Of a DNA stretch of 64,000 nucleotides, positions 27,820 through 38,933 are shown in pieces (position 1 is the stretch's first letter; each line of letters opens with the position of its first letter). Under the pieces are notes generated by a model that ran no database searches, had not been told where the DNA came from, and saw only the letters and a program-made list of their open reading frames with translations. Position numbers and translations under genes: made by a program. The DNA is from Hyphomicrobiaceae bacterium (GTDB taxonomy: Bacteria; Pseudomonadota; Alphaproteobacteria; Rhizobiales; Hyphomicrobiaceae): the NCBI GenBank assembly GCA_031374735.1, contig JANMGQ010000066.1:2120-66119 (forward strand), read 5' to 3'.

Positions 27820-28815
27820 CTACTGCGGCTGCGCCACCAGTTCGACGCTGACGGTCTCGCCGGCTTGCACGGTGAACTCGCGGCGGAAGGATTGGCCGAG
27901 GCGCTTGGCGACGACGGCGTAAATTCCGGGTGCGAGGATGTGCGTCGGGAAGGCGCCCGCGCTCTCTTTGACGGTCTCGCCGTGACTGCCAACGATGCTC
28001 CATTGCGTGTCAGACAGGGCCTCGCTGCCAGGCCGCGTCACCAGCCGGAACGTCGCGCGAGCGGCGCTGTGCACCAGCGTTGCCTCGGTGACCTTGCCCG
28101 GCTCCACGGCCACTTCGCCGCGGACAATGGCGTTGGCGTCGCCATAGGTCGACTGGACCTGATACAGGCCGGCGTTGAGGCGGACGGTTGTGCCCGGTCG
28201 CGCACCCGACAGAACCGTCACGCGGTTACCGAACTGATCGCGCTCGTCCGACAACACGGAGTACACGACGCTGTTGTCGGCCAGAGCTTCGCCGGTCGCC
28301 AGAACAGCTGCGACCTTGAGGCCGCCAGCATTGATGACGAATTTCTCCGTCACGGCCTTGCCGGCAGCAACCGTGACCTTGCGGGTCAAGTTCGCACGGC
28401 CGTAAGCGACGTTGATCAGGTAGTCGCCAACATCCAGCCGCAGGATCGGCGCCGCATCTCGGTGCAGGGACAGCAGCCGCAGTTTGCCGTCGGGCCCGGG
28501 CTTATCGCGATAGATGCGCCAGATGACGCCCTGTTCGATATCGACGCCGTCCTCGGTCACCTTGGCCGACAGCGTCACCTGCCCACCGGTGCGATTTTCC
28601 GACGAGGGACGCGCGATGATGGTCGTGTTGGCCGGCGTCTCGATTGTGGTGCCTTTGAACGGCGGCACCGTGGGCGTGGCGGGCTGGGCCGGAGTTGCGG
28701 GTTGAGGGCGCACATTCGGGCCCCAACCGCTCGGCGGCGCCTGGGGCTGTTGCCCATAGGCGGGGAACGTGGCGAGCCCGGATAAGGCCAGCAGCAGTGC
28801 CAATGTCCGACGCAT
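27820..28815 (-). CDS. Secreted protein with Pro-rich linker and three about 80-aa internal repeats (function unknown)
   Basis: Signal peptide MRRTLALLLALSGLATFPAYG, PQ/PA-rich segment, then three repeats each with a ..G.Y......G........V..G......V pattern. Confidence 0.7.
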   Translation of the reverse strand: MRRTLALLLALSGLATFPAYGQQPQAPPSGWGPNVRPQPATPAQPATPTVPPFKGTTIETPANTTIIARPSSENRTGGQVTLSAKVTEDGVDIEQGVIWRIYRDKPGPDGKLRLLSLHRDAAPILRLDVGDYLINVAYGRANLTRKVTVAAGKAVTEKFVINAGGLKVAAVLATGEALADNSVVYSVLSDERDQFGNRVTVLSGARPGTTVRLNAGLYQVQSTYGDANAIVRGEVAVEPGKVTEATLVHSAARATFRLVTRPGSEALSDTQWSIVGSHGETVKESAGAFPTHILAPGIYAVVAKRLGQSFRREFTVQAGETVSVELVAQPQ

Positions 28816-28884
28816 GTGCCCTCCCTGGTCAATCTCGCTGATTTTGCCGTGCTATGGCATCGGTCCGGCGGAAGTGCGGCGCGT

Positions 28885-29439
28885 TCACTTGGCTGGCCGC
28901 AGCATGGCGTCCACATAGCGCATGAAATGCGCGACTGGCGGCGTCTGCATGTGAGGGTCTTTGGCAGCTTCGTCGAGCTTGCGCAGCCGCACCGCCGCTT
29001 GGGCATGCGGGTTGGCCTCGAAAGCTTTGACCTCGTCGGCCGACATGAGCCCGCCCTGAAGTTTCAGCGACACCACCGAATCCTCAGACAGGCGCCCGAA
29101 ATACGTGTTGTCGACCGTGCACAGATACCGCTTCGCCGGCACGTGCAGCCGCACAGGCTCTGTCACCTCAGGCCCGAAGTGATCCTCCAACCAGATGGCG
29201 CCCAGCGCCTCGTGCTTGTCGTCGATGCCGGCGTCGGCTGGGTTTTCCCCGAGATCGTGGATCATGTGGCCGATATCGTGCACCAGCGCTGCAGTGATCA
29301 GGGCTGTACTCTCGCCGTTGGCCTCGGCCATCGTGGCGGCCTGCAGCGCGTGCTGCTGCTGGTTCACATCCGATAGGCCGTATTGCCTAGTCGCCCGTGT
29401 CTCGTAGATCGAGCGGATCTCGTCGCTAATGGACGGCAT
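28885..29439 (-). CDS. HD-domain protein, PhnZ-like (phosphonate-degradation HD oxygenase family)
   Basis: HALQAATMA, ALVHDIGH HD motif, DDKHEALG, LHVPAKRYLC as in the PhnZ/TIGR03276-type HD family. Confidence 0.65.
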   Translation of the reverse strand: MPSISDEIRSIYETRATRQYGLSDVNQQQHALQAATMAEANGESTALITAALVHDIGHMIHDLGENPADAGIDDKHEALGAIWLEDHFGPEVTEPVRLHVPAKRYLCTVDNTYFGRLSEDSVVSLKLQGGLMSADEVKAFEANPHAQAAVRLRKLDEAAKDPHMQTPPVAHFMRYVDAMLRPAK

Positions 29440-29463
29440 GCGGATCGCTCCTCAGCTTGGGCG

Positions 29464-29715
29464 TCAAGCCGCGGGCTCGGCCGGATCCTGATCCATCAGG
29501 TGCACGGGCTGTCCCGGCATGATGGTGGAGATCGCGTGCTTATAGACCAGCTGTGAGTGACCGTCGCGCCGCAGCAGAACGCAGAAATTGTCAAACCACG
29601 TCACGATGCCCTGGAGCTTGACGCCGTTGATGAGAAAAATCGTCAGAGGAATCTTGTTCTTGCGAACGTGATTGAGAAATTGATCTTGAAGGCTCGGCGC
29701 GCGTTCGGTGGCCAT
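29464..29715 (-). CDS. hfq: RNA chaperone Hfq
   Basis: [60 protein letters not shown], canonical Sm1/Sm2 motifs; start at MATERAP. Confidence 0.9.
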   Translation of the reverse strand: MATERAPSLQDQFLNHVRKNKIPLTIFLINGVKLQGIVTWFDNFCVLLRRDGHSQLVYKHAISTIMPGQPVHLMDQDPAEPAA

Positions 29716-29900
29716 GGTTCTTGTGCCCGGTCTTTTATTGGCTCTATTGGCAGGCTTATTGAAGTGTGGCCTACACAACGTCTGCGGCCATAAAGCCACA
29801 TGCCAGATTTGCTCAGCGTTGCACAGGCCCGAATGCAACAAAAGTCTCATAAAGCCCGAGGCTGCGACCGATAGGGCGTCGTCAGATCAACCGACGGGCG

Positions 29901-30758
29901 TCAATTCGGATTGCGCCCGTCCATGTAGCGGCGCCACAGCTGTTCACCGATCATGCAATCAATGCGAGGTGCCGGTGCCATCTGGGCCCGCCGCAACTGG
30001 GCGGGCGGTGCATCGGCGATCTCAAGCAGCAGCTTGCGCCTGATACCCGGTTTGAACTCGTCTTCGGAACGCACCGGTACTGAAAAGGCCGCAGGCCCGC
30101 CGATCACGCAGTCGATGTAGTAGATATCGAGGTCGGCGATATCGAAGACTGTGCCGCCGGACTTGAGCACGATTGGCAAGCCGTTGATGGCGATCCCCTT
30201 GGCGAGCAGCGCATCGCGCGCGGCCGTGACCGGCCGACCATTGTTGTTTGGCCCATCGCCCGACACGTCGAGGACACGGCGCGCACCGCGATAGGGACTT
30301 GCGTCGAACAATTGACCGGCGAAATCCATCGCGGCCGAAATCGACGTCATGCGCTCTCGCGAGATCGGGGCCCGTTCCAGGCGGTCGGAGAACGCGTTGG
30401 CGGCCGCGGGGCTGTCGATGATGGTCCAATCAACGATCAGCTTCTGTACCGATCGCCCGGCCCACTCGAAATAGGCCACAGCAATGCGCTGTGTTGGCCC
30501 CGATCCGATGACGCGCTGGAGTTCAGGATCGCGGAAAGCGGCCGCATACCCTGAGCGCTGCAACTTCAGCTCGTCGTAGTCCATCGAGAGCGAGATATCG
30601 ACGGCCATGATCAGTTCGAGGTCAACCCGGGCTTTGTCAACGCGGGCTTGGTCAAGGCGGGGCGGCGCGCCCGTTTGCGCCTCAGTGCGCGCGCCAAGCC
30701 ACACTGCGACGAGTAACGCCGCAAAACCGAGGGACAAGCGATACAAGGTCCGGGTCAT
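29901..30758 (-). CDS. DUF1194 (vWA-like) domain protein, secreted
   Basis: Signal peptide; LELIMAVDISLSMDYDE MIDAS-like motif, VLDVSGDGPNN, GIAINGLPI typical of DUF1194. Confidence 0.8.
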   Translation of the reverse strand: MTRTLYRLSLGFAALLVAVWLGARTEAQTGAPPRLDQARVDKARVDLELIMAVDISLSMDYDELKLQRSGYAAAFRDPELQRVIGSGPTQRIAVAYFEWAGRSVQKLIVDWTIIDSPAAANAFSDRLERAPISRERMTSISAAMDFAGQLFDASPYRGARRVLDVSGDGPNNNGRPVTAARDALLAKGIAINGLPIVLKSGGTVFDIADLDIYYIDCVIGGPAAFSVPVRSEDEFKPGIRRKLLLEIADAPPAQLRRAQMAPAPRIDCMIGEQLWRRYMDGRNPN

Positions 30759-30834
30759 GACAACAGACTGGCATGACCTTGCACCTGTTGGGAATAGGCT
30801 CCTGGCCGCAAGGTCGTGGCATGAACGAAAACCT

Positions 30835-31007
30835 CGTCATCCCGCACAAGTGCGGCCCCTTCAGGCCGCGCGCAGATGCGGGATCCAGCAGATCAGTGCG
30901 CGTCGCGCACGCTATAAAACAGTCAACGCGGACCGCTTCGCGGGCGTCTTACGCTGGATCCCGCATCTGCACGCAGCTGAAAGAAGCCGCGTTTGTGCGG
31001 GGTGACG
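30835..31007. repeat. Nested palindromic intergenic element, same terminal family (CGTCATCCCG...CGGGGTGACG)
   Basis: Outer arms CGTCATCCCGCACAA / TTGTGCGGGGTGACG (1 mismatch); inner arms GCAGATGCGGGATCCAGC / GCTGGATCCCGCATCTGC. Confidence 0.65.
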
Positions 31008-31128
31008 GTTCATGCAATAGCCCGCAGCGCCGCCATCCCACGCCATTGTCTCGGCCAGCATATATGGCTATCAGGCGCGACGTCCTCTGCGGTCGACCGT
31101 GTCCCGCCGTTTCCCACGAGCTTGCCCC

Positions 31129-32478
31129 ATGCGCCTCTCACGCTATTTCCTGCCGGTGCTGAAAGACACGCCGAAAGAGGCCGAGATCGTCTCGCACCAG
31201 CTGATGCTGCGCGCCGGCATGATCAAGCAGGAATCGTCGGGCATCTACGCCTGGCTGCCCATGGGCCTGAAGGTGCTGGACAAGATCAACCGTATCATCC
31301 GCGAGGAACAAAACCGTTCCGGCGCCGTTGAGCTGTTGATGCCGACCATTCAATCGGCGGACCTGTGGCGCGAGAGCAACCGCTACGAGGCCTACGGCAA
31401 GGAAATGCTGCGCATCGCGGATCGCCATGAGCGCGAGATGCTGTTCGGCCCGACCAACGAGGAGATGATCACCGATATCTTCCGCAGCCACGTCAAAAGC
31501 TACAAGCAGCTGCCGCTGAACATGTACCACATCCAGTGGAAGTTCCGCGACGAGGTGCGCCCGCGCTTCGGCGTCATGCGCTCCCGCGAGTTCCTCATGA
31601 AGGACGCGTATTCGTTCGATCTCGACGAGAAGGGCGCACGCGTCGCCTATAACCGCATGTTTGTTGCCTACCTGCGCACGTTTGCGCGCTTCGGCCTGAA
31701 GTCGATCCCCATGCGTGCCGACACCGGCCCCATCGGTGGCGATTTGAGCCACGAGTTCATCATCCTCGCCGACACGGGCGAGAGCGAAGTGTTCTGCCAC
31801 AAGGACTACTTGGACTACACGATCCCGCCGGCGACGACGAACTTCGACGATGCCGCTGGACTGCAAGCGACCGTAGACAAGTGGACGTCGCTCTACGCAG
31901 CCACGTCGGAAATGCACAAAGCCGCTGACTATGACGCCCTGCCAGCTGAGAAACGCGTGTCCGCGCGCGGGATCGAAGTCGGCCACATCTTCTACTTCGG
32001 CACCAAGTATTCCGAGCCCATGAAGGCGCAGGTGCAGGGGCCGGATGGCAAGCCGGTTACGGTGCATATGGGCAGCTATGGTATTGGCCCGACGCGCGTG
32101 GCCGCGGCCATCGTCGAAGCCAGCCACGATGCCAACGGCATCATCTGGCCGGTGTCCGTCGCACCGTTTGAAGTTGGCCTGATCAACCTCAAGGCTGGCG
32201 ACAAGGACACCGACTACGCCTGCAACGATCTCTACCAGAAGCTTGAGATGGCCGGCGTGTCCGTCCTCATGGACGACACCGATGACCGCGCGGGCGCGAA
32301 GTTCGCCTCGATGGATCTGATCGGCCTGCCGTTCCAGCTCATTGTCGGCCCGAAGGGCATCAAGACGGGCGAAGTCGAGATCAAGGAACGCAAGACCGGT
32401 GAGCGCGCCTCGCTGTCGATGGACGCCGCCGTACGCAAGCTGTCGGACCTGATCTCAGCGCGGCGCGTTCTGGCCTAG
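31129..32478 (+). CDS. proS: Proline--tRNA ligase
   Basis: [31 protein letters not shown] start, class II aaRS motifs ([19 protein letters not shown]). Confidence 0.95.
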   Translation: MRLSRYFLPVLKDTPKEAEIVSHQLMLRAGMIKQESSGIYAWLPMGLKVLDKINRIIREEQNRSGAVELLMPTIQSADLWRESNRYEAYGKEMLRIADRHEREMLFGPTNEEMITDIFRSHVKSYKQLPLNMYHIQWKFRDEVRPRFGVMRSREFLMKDAYSFDLDEKGARVAYNRMFVAYLRTFARFGLKSIPMRADTGPIGGDLSHEFIILADTGESEVFCHKDYLDYTIPPATTNFDDAAGLQATVDKWTSLYAATSEMHKAADYDALPAEKRVSARGIEVGHIFYFGTKYSEPMKAQVQGPDGKPVTVHMGSYGIGPTRVAAAIVEASHDANGIIWPVSVAPFEVGLINLKAGDKDTDYACNDLYQKLEMAGVSVLMDDTDDRAGAKFASMDLIGLPFQLIVGPKGIKTGEVEIKERKTGERASLSMDAAVRKLSDLISARRVLA

Positions 32479-32556
32479 GCGTCGCGACCCAAGGGTGATG
32501 AGCCGTCCGCCTGAAGACAAGCTCGGACCCCATTCACCCCGCGCGACAGGCGGGCT

Positions 32557-34209
<1,653 letters not shown>

Positions 34210-34483
34210 TCGCGCTGCTGCGGCAGTACGAACGCGCTGAAACCGTCTCGAAATCCGTCCAAACCTGTGCTACATGCGCATCATGATCTTTGAATTTGCC
34301 CTTCTGGCCTCACGGGCTGCAGCGCGAATGCGCTGAGCCGGTTCCACGGAACCGGCCGGGCGGGAGCATGTTTCTCCCCATCTCAGGCGCCCGATCAGGC
34401 GCCGAACGTGCGCCCTAGGCGCGTGCCGTTGCGGGCTCTATACCCGCGCCAATCGAATCCCCTTTACCTTCCGGAGCCCTCCC

Positions 34484-36085
34484 ATGAGCGGCCAATCTGC
34501 AAAATCGCGCTTCTATCTGACCACGCCGATCTTCTATCCCAACGGTGATCCGCACATCGGCCACGCCTATACGGCCATCGTGACCGACGCGATCGCGCGC
34601 TTTGAGCGTCTTGATGGCAAGAACGTGTTTCATCTGACCGGCACCGACGAGCACGGCCTCAAAATGAAGCAGACCGCCATCGAGCAGAAGATAACGCCGC
34701 TGGAGTTGGCGACCAAAAACTCGAATCGTTTTCGAGAACTGATGACAGCGCTGGGCACGGGCCACGACGACTACATCCGCACGACCGAGGCGCGCCACCA
34801 CGAGGCGTGCAAGGAGCTGTGGAAGCGCATGGAGAAAAACGGCGACATCTACGTGTCGAAGTACGCGGGCTGGTATTCGGTGCGCCAGGAGGCTTACTTC
34901 GACGAGGCCGAGACCACCAAGGGAGAGGACGGCATTCGCCGCGAACCCCTGGGCTCACCCGTTGAATGGACCGAGGAGGAGACATATTTCTTCCGCCTGT
35001 CGAAGTATCAGGACAAGCTGCTCGCGCACTACGAGTCCCACCCCGAATTCATCCTGCCGCCCGAGCGGCGCAACGAGGTCGCCAGCTTCGTCAAGGGTGG
35101 ATTGAATGATCTGTCGATCTCGCGCGGGTCGCTTGACTGGGGCATCCAGGTGCCCGGCAACGACAAGCACGTGATGTACGTGTGGGTCGACGCGCTCAAC
35201 AATTACGTGACAGCGACCGGCGTCCTGAACGGCGACGGTAAAGGCCCGCGCGCGGACTATTGGCCCTGCAACTTGCACGTTATCGGCAAGGACATCGTGC
35301 GCTTCCACGCGGTGTATTGGCCGGCGTTCCTCATGAGCGCAGGCTTGCCGCTGCCCAAGCGCGTGTTTGCCCACGGCTTCCTGTACAATCGCGGGGAGAA
35401 GATGAGCAAATCGGTCGGCAACGTCATCGACCCCTTCAATCTGGTCGAGGCCTTCGGCCGCGACGCCGTGCGCTATTTCTTTCTGCGCGAAACTGCGTTC
35501 GGGCAAGACGGCAGCTACTCGGACGAAGCCATCATCAACCGCATGAACGCGGATCTCGCCAACAACTTGGGCAACCTTGCGCAGCGCTCGCTGTCGATGA
35601 TCGCCAAGAACTTCGAGGGCGTGGTGCAGCAGCCGGAAGCCTTCAGCGACACCGATAAGGCGCTGCTATCAGCCGTCGATGCGCTTTATGCGACGGCGCG
35701 CACGGCCATGAACGAGCAGGCGATCAAGGTCTGGCTCGATGCCGTGTGGAACGTGCTGTTCGAGGCCAACGCTTACTTTGACAAGGAGCGCCCTTTCGAC
35801 AAAGCCTTAACGCCAGAGCGTCGGGGAACCATCCTCTACGTCACGGCCGACGTCGTCAGGCAGGTCGCGATCCTGATCCAGCCAGCGATGCCAGAGAGCG
35901 CAGGCAAACTGCTCGACCTGCTCGCGATCCCGGAAGGCGAACGCACGTTTGCCCATCTGAGTGCAGCGCATCGCCTAAAAGCCGGTACAAAATTGCCGGC
36001 GCCGACTGGCGTGTTCCCACGCTGGATCAGCCCCGAGGAGCAAGCCAAGCGCGCCGGCCAAGCCAAGCCGGGGAAGAAGACGTAA
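34484..36085 (+). CDS. metG: Methionine--tRNA ligase
   Basis: HIGH motif (PHIGHAYT), KMSKS motif, Lys-rich C-terminal tail. Confidence 0.95.
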   Translation: MSGQSAKSRFYLTTPIFYPNGDPHIGHAYTAIVTDAIARFERLDGKNVFHLTGTDEHGLKMKQTAIEQKITPLELATKNSNRFRELMTALGTGHDDYIRTTEARHHEACKELWKRMEKNGDIYVSKYAGWYSVRQEAYFDEAETTKGEDGIRREPLGSPVEWTEEETYFFRLSKYQDKLLAHYESHPEFILPPERRNEVASFVKGGLNDLSISRGSLDWGIQVPGNDKHVMYVWVDALNNYVTATGVLNGDGKGPRADYWPCNLHVIGKDIVRFHAVYWPAFLMSAGLPLPKRVFAHGFLYNRGEKMSKSVGNVIDPFNLVEAFGRDAVRYFFLRETAFGQDGSYSDEAIINRMNADLANNLGNLAQRSLSMIAKNFEGVVQQPEAFSDTDKALLSAVDALYATARTAMNEQAIKVWLDAVWNVLFEANAYFDKERPFDKALTPERRGTILYVTADVVRQVAILIQPAMPESAGKLLDLLAIPEGERTFAHLSAAHRLKAGTKLPAPTGVFPRWISPEEQAKRAGQAKPGKKT

Positions 36086-36115
36086 GGGAAAAGTGGCAAT
36101 AGGCGAAGACGCCAC

Positions 36116-37153
36116 TCACTCCTCAGCGTCCTTGGCCGTTTCGCCGCTGCGGCGGTCGGCCTTGGCGCGCAGATCGACGGCGCGCTTGAAGAGCTCGCCA
36201 ACCGGTTCCGCGTGGCGCAGGCGCAGGTTCGGTGGGTAAAGGCGCAGCGCCGCCTCCGAGCGGATCAATCCGCGGCGGTCGAGACTGTTCGAGAGCCAGA
36301 AGAAGCCGCCCCCGACCAGCATTGGCATCAGCAAGACCGCGATTGTCACCTTGGATCGCGCCAGACTTGAGACTTGCTGCAGGTGCAATGCGGACAACAG
36401 GCTGAAAGCCATCACGCCGGTTGCGACCCCGAGCCATCCGGGCGCGCGCATGCCGTTGACGAAGAAGCCGAACATCGTTGCCTCATCGGCGAGTTCGTAA
36501 AGCAGGGTGACCCCGAACGCGATGGCCGCGTGCTGCGCGAACCGCCACTGCGCGCGGATGATGCGCGTGAGCAGCGACCAGGCCGCAATCCAGCCGCCAA
36601 GCAGCGAGAAGGGCAGCAGCACGCCCGCCACCGCGTCTGTCAGAAGATCTTGCGGCGCGCCGAGCCAACGCTCGTAGATGGCATGGCCTGCAACGGCGGC
36701 GCCGAAGATGGTCGCCCACACAATGGGATGCGCGAAGGGCCGCTTGCGTGGCTTGCCCTCGACCAGCTCCGGCGGCAGAGCGCCCTCGGCCGTGCGCACG
36801 CGCACGGTGCTGCGGCCAATGCGAAACCGTTCGTCCGGCAGGGCGACGCCTGAGGCGCTGCGATGCTGTTTGCCACCGACGACAATGCCACTGATCGATC
36901 CCGTATCGCTGACGCGTGCGGTGCCGGATGGCGTGATTTCGAGAATGGCGTGCATCGGCGCGACGTAGGGGTCATCTATCGTCACGTCGCAGGTCATGCT
37001 GCGCCCAATGGTGATCGGCGACTTTGACTGTGGAAATCGAAAGCGCTCGCGGACGATGCCGTCGGCATCGATCACATCGATGACGGTCTTGCCGAGTAAT
37101 TCTGGCCGTGGAGCCCGGGCGTCCAACGGGACATCTTGCACAGGGGCGCTCAT
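36116..37153 (-). CDS. FHA-domain protein with C-terminal polytopic membrane region
   Basis: ITIGRSMTCDVTIDDPYVAPMHAILE...SISGIVVGG FHA signature at aa ~45-125, then 5-6 hydrophobic helices; ATG overlaps the stop of the protease gene (ATGA). Confidence 0.75.
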   Translation of the reverse strand: MSAPVQDVPLDARAPRPELLGKTVIDVIDADGIVRERFRFPQSKSPITIGRSMTCDVTIDDPYVAPMHAILEITPSGTARVSDTGSISGIVVGGKQHRSASGVALPDERFRIGRSTVRVRTAEGALPPELVEGKPRKRPFAHPIVWATIFGAAVAGHAIYERWLGAPQDLLTDAVAGVLLPFSLLGGWIAAWSLLTRIIRAQWRFAQHAAIAFGVTLLYELADEATMFGFFVNGMRAPGWLGVATGVMAFSLLSALHLQQVSSLARSKVTIAVLLMPMLVGGGFFWLSNSLDRRGLIRSEAALRLYPPNLRLRHAEPVGELFKRAVDLRAKADRRSGETAKDAEE

Positions 37154-38478
37154 GCCTTGCGCTCCATGGCAACGACGAAGCTCTGAATGAAGGTCATGCC
37201 GGCCTCGAATTCCATACCGCTCATATCGAGGCTCGAGGTGAAGCCGTGCGAGGTGCCGCTGACGCTCGTCACGCGCACACTGAAATCATAGAGGCCGGCG
37301 AGCTTGCGGTATGCGCGCGTGCAGATGGAGACATCGGCATCGAAGCCCTTGAGGGCGACGACTTTGGACTCGCAAGTCAGTGGTCCGACATGGCGTTGGT
37401 TGCCAGGCGTGACGAAACCGCCGCCGCCGGCCGACAGACGATGTGCGAAACGCCACGCATCGAGTTTGGCCGATGTGAGTACGGTATGGGCGTAGGCGAA
37501 GTTTCCGGTCGCAAGCGATTGTCCAAGGTAAATCTGCGCCTTGGCCGAGCAGGTGATCCGCACGGCCTGTACGGGCGCTGTTGCAGATGCCGAGGCGTTG
37601 GCGCTGCAATCGACGAAGGGCGCGAGTTTACCGGGTAGTGTGTAGCCGGATGTGACCTCGGTCGGGACGCCGCGACCGAGTCCGGCCAGCAGGGCTGAGG
37701 CGTGCGCGCGTGCTTGTGTGGCGATGGCTTTGTCGAGCGCTTTCCCATCGGCCTTGGCCGCGACCGTCGATGTGACGAGGGCGCGCGCATGGTCTGCCGG
37801 CACAAAGAAGCTGATCGACTGCTGAAACCTGTAGTGCGAGACGTTGACGCCCAGCACCTCTCCCGAACTGTTGAGCGCGGGACCGCCGGACATGCCGCCA
37901 TTGAGCGCGCCGGAATAGTGGATGCGCGGCACGAACTGGCCCTCCACCTGCCCGTTCGAGACGCCTTCGGTGATGGTCAATCCGACATCGAGGGGGTAGC
38001 CGATCGAGTAGGCGCGTTCACCCTTGCCGGGCTTGCCCTCGGCAAATGTCAGCGGCTGCGGGGCATGGTCGGCGGCAAAGGCAATCGCGAGGTCGTTGCG
38101 CACGTCGACCGCCAGCACCTTCAACACACCAGACTTGCCATCCTGCGTCTTGTATTCGAGGCGATACTTGGCGGGGTCCTGCACGTGGTCTGCGACCACA
38201 TGATAGTTGGTCACGAAGTATCCGCCCGGCGCGGCCGCAAAGCCGGTGCCGTGAAAGGTTGGCGCTGTGCTGGTTGAAACGAAGCCGTTGACTTGGATGA
38301 CCGATGGACGTGTGCGGTCCAGAATGGAGCGTGCGCTGTCTGTGGCACTTGCCGGCATTGGCGGATTGGCCAGGGCTGCCGGGATGGACTGTGCAGCGGG
38401 CTGCGCCAAGGCGGAGACAACGCCGGTCATCACGTTGCTTGCGATCAGGAGTGTCGATACACGTCTGCGCCGCGCCAT
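37150..38478 (-). CDS. Secreted trypsin-like (S1/chymotrypsin fold) serine protease with unassigned about 230-aa C-terminal region
   Basis: Signal peptide MARRRRVSTLLIASNVMTGVVSALA; FVTNYHVV (His), NDLAI (Asp), GGMSGGPAL (Ser) triad contexts; no recognisable PDZ afterwards. Confidence 0.75.
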   Translation of the reverse strand: MARRRRVSTLLIASNVMTGVVSALAQPAAQSIPAALANPPMPASATDSARSILDRTRPSVIQVNGFVSTSTAPTFHGTGFAAAPGGYFVTNYHVVADHVQDPAKYRLEYKTQDGKSGVLKVLAVDVRNDLAIAFAADHAPQPLTFAEGKPGKGERAYSIGYPLDVGLTITEGVSNGQVEGQFVPRIHYSGALNGGMSGGPALNSSGEVLGVNVSHYRFQQSISFFVPADHARALVTSTVAAKADGKALDKAIATQARAHASALLAGLGRGVPTEVTSGYTLPGKLAPFVDCSANASASATAPVQAVRITCSAKAQIYLGQSLATGNFAYAHTVLTSAKLDAWRFAHRLSAGGGGFVTPGNQRHVGPLTCESKVVALKGFDADVSICTRAYRKLAGLYDFSVRVTSVSGTSHGFTSSLDMSGMEFEAGMTFIQSFVVAMERKA

Positions 38479-38933
38479 GCGTTCGATCCCAACCAAGTCC
38501 ATTCACCCTACGACAGCGCCGGCTGTGCCGCCAACAGGCCCCGCGGATCCGTAACAGGGTTTGCAAGAAGCCTGCCCGCCCTCACTCGCGCAACGCTGTG
38601 GCAAATGGGTGTCATACCGGCGCCTGAAGGGCAAAAATCGTTGGTCTGAAGGGTAACGCACGCATCGGGAGTTCGTCAGCCATGCCCGCACCGCTATCCG
38701 TCCACGAGGTCATCCTAGTCCTCGGTGGTGAGGTGGCGCGCGCCGTTGGCTCTCTGCACCAGCAGCGCGTCCTGCTCATTGTGATCGTGCGCGCGCCAGT
38801 GCCAGGTGAACACGGTTGTGGCGTCTTCAACCTTTTCCTCGCCGAGTTTGAGCCGCTCGCGGTCACGACGCTGCCGGCGTCCGAAACTGGGACGACACAG
38901 ATCGCCCGACGGGCGCGCGGTTCACTCAATGGT

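Noticed and set aside
31138-32127. 329-aa minus-strand ORF
   Set aside because: Antisense to proS.
38715-38921. 68-codon minus-strand frame reading ...RRQRRDRERLKLGEEKVEDATTVFTWHWRAHDHNEQDALLVQRANGARHLTTED* in the spacer upstream of the protease gene
   Set aside because: It reads protein-like but has no ATG/GTG/TTG near its 5' end (the first GTG is at codon 37), and I recognise no motif. It could be a gene fragment, but I cannot support it as a CDS.
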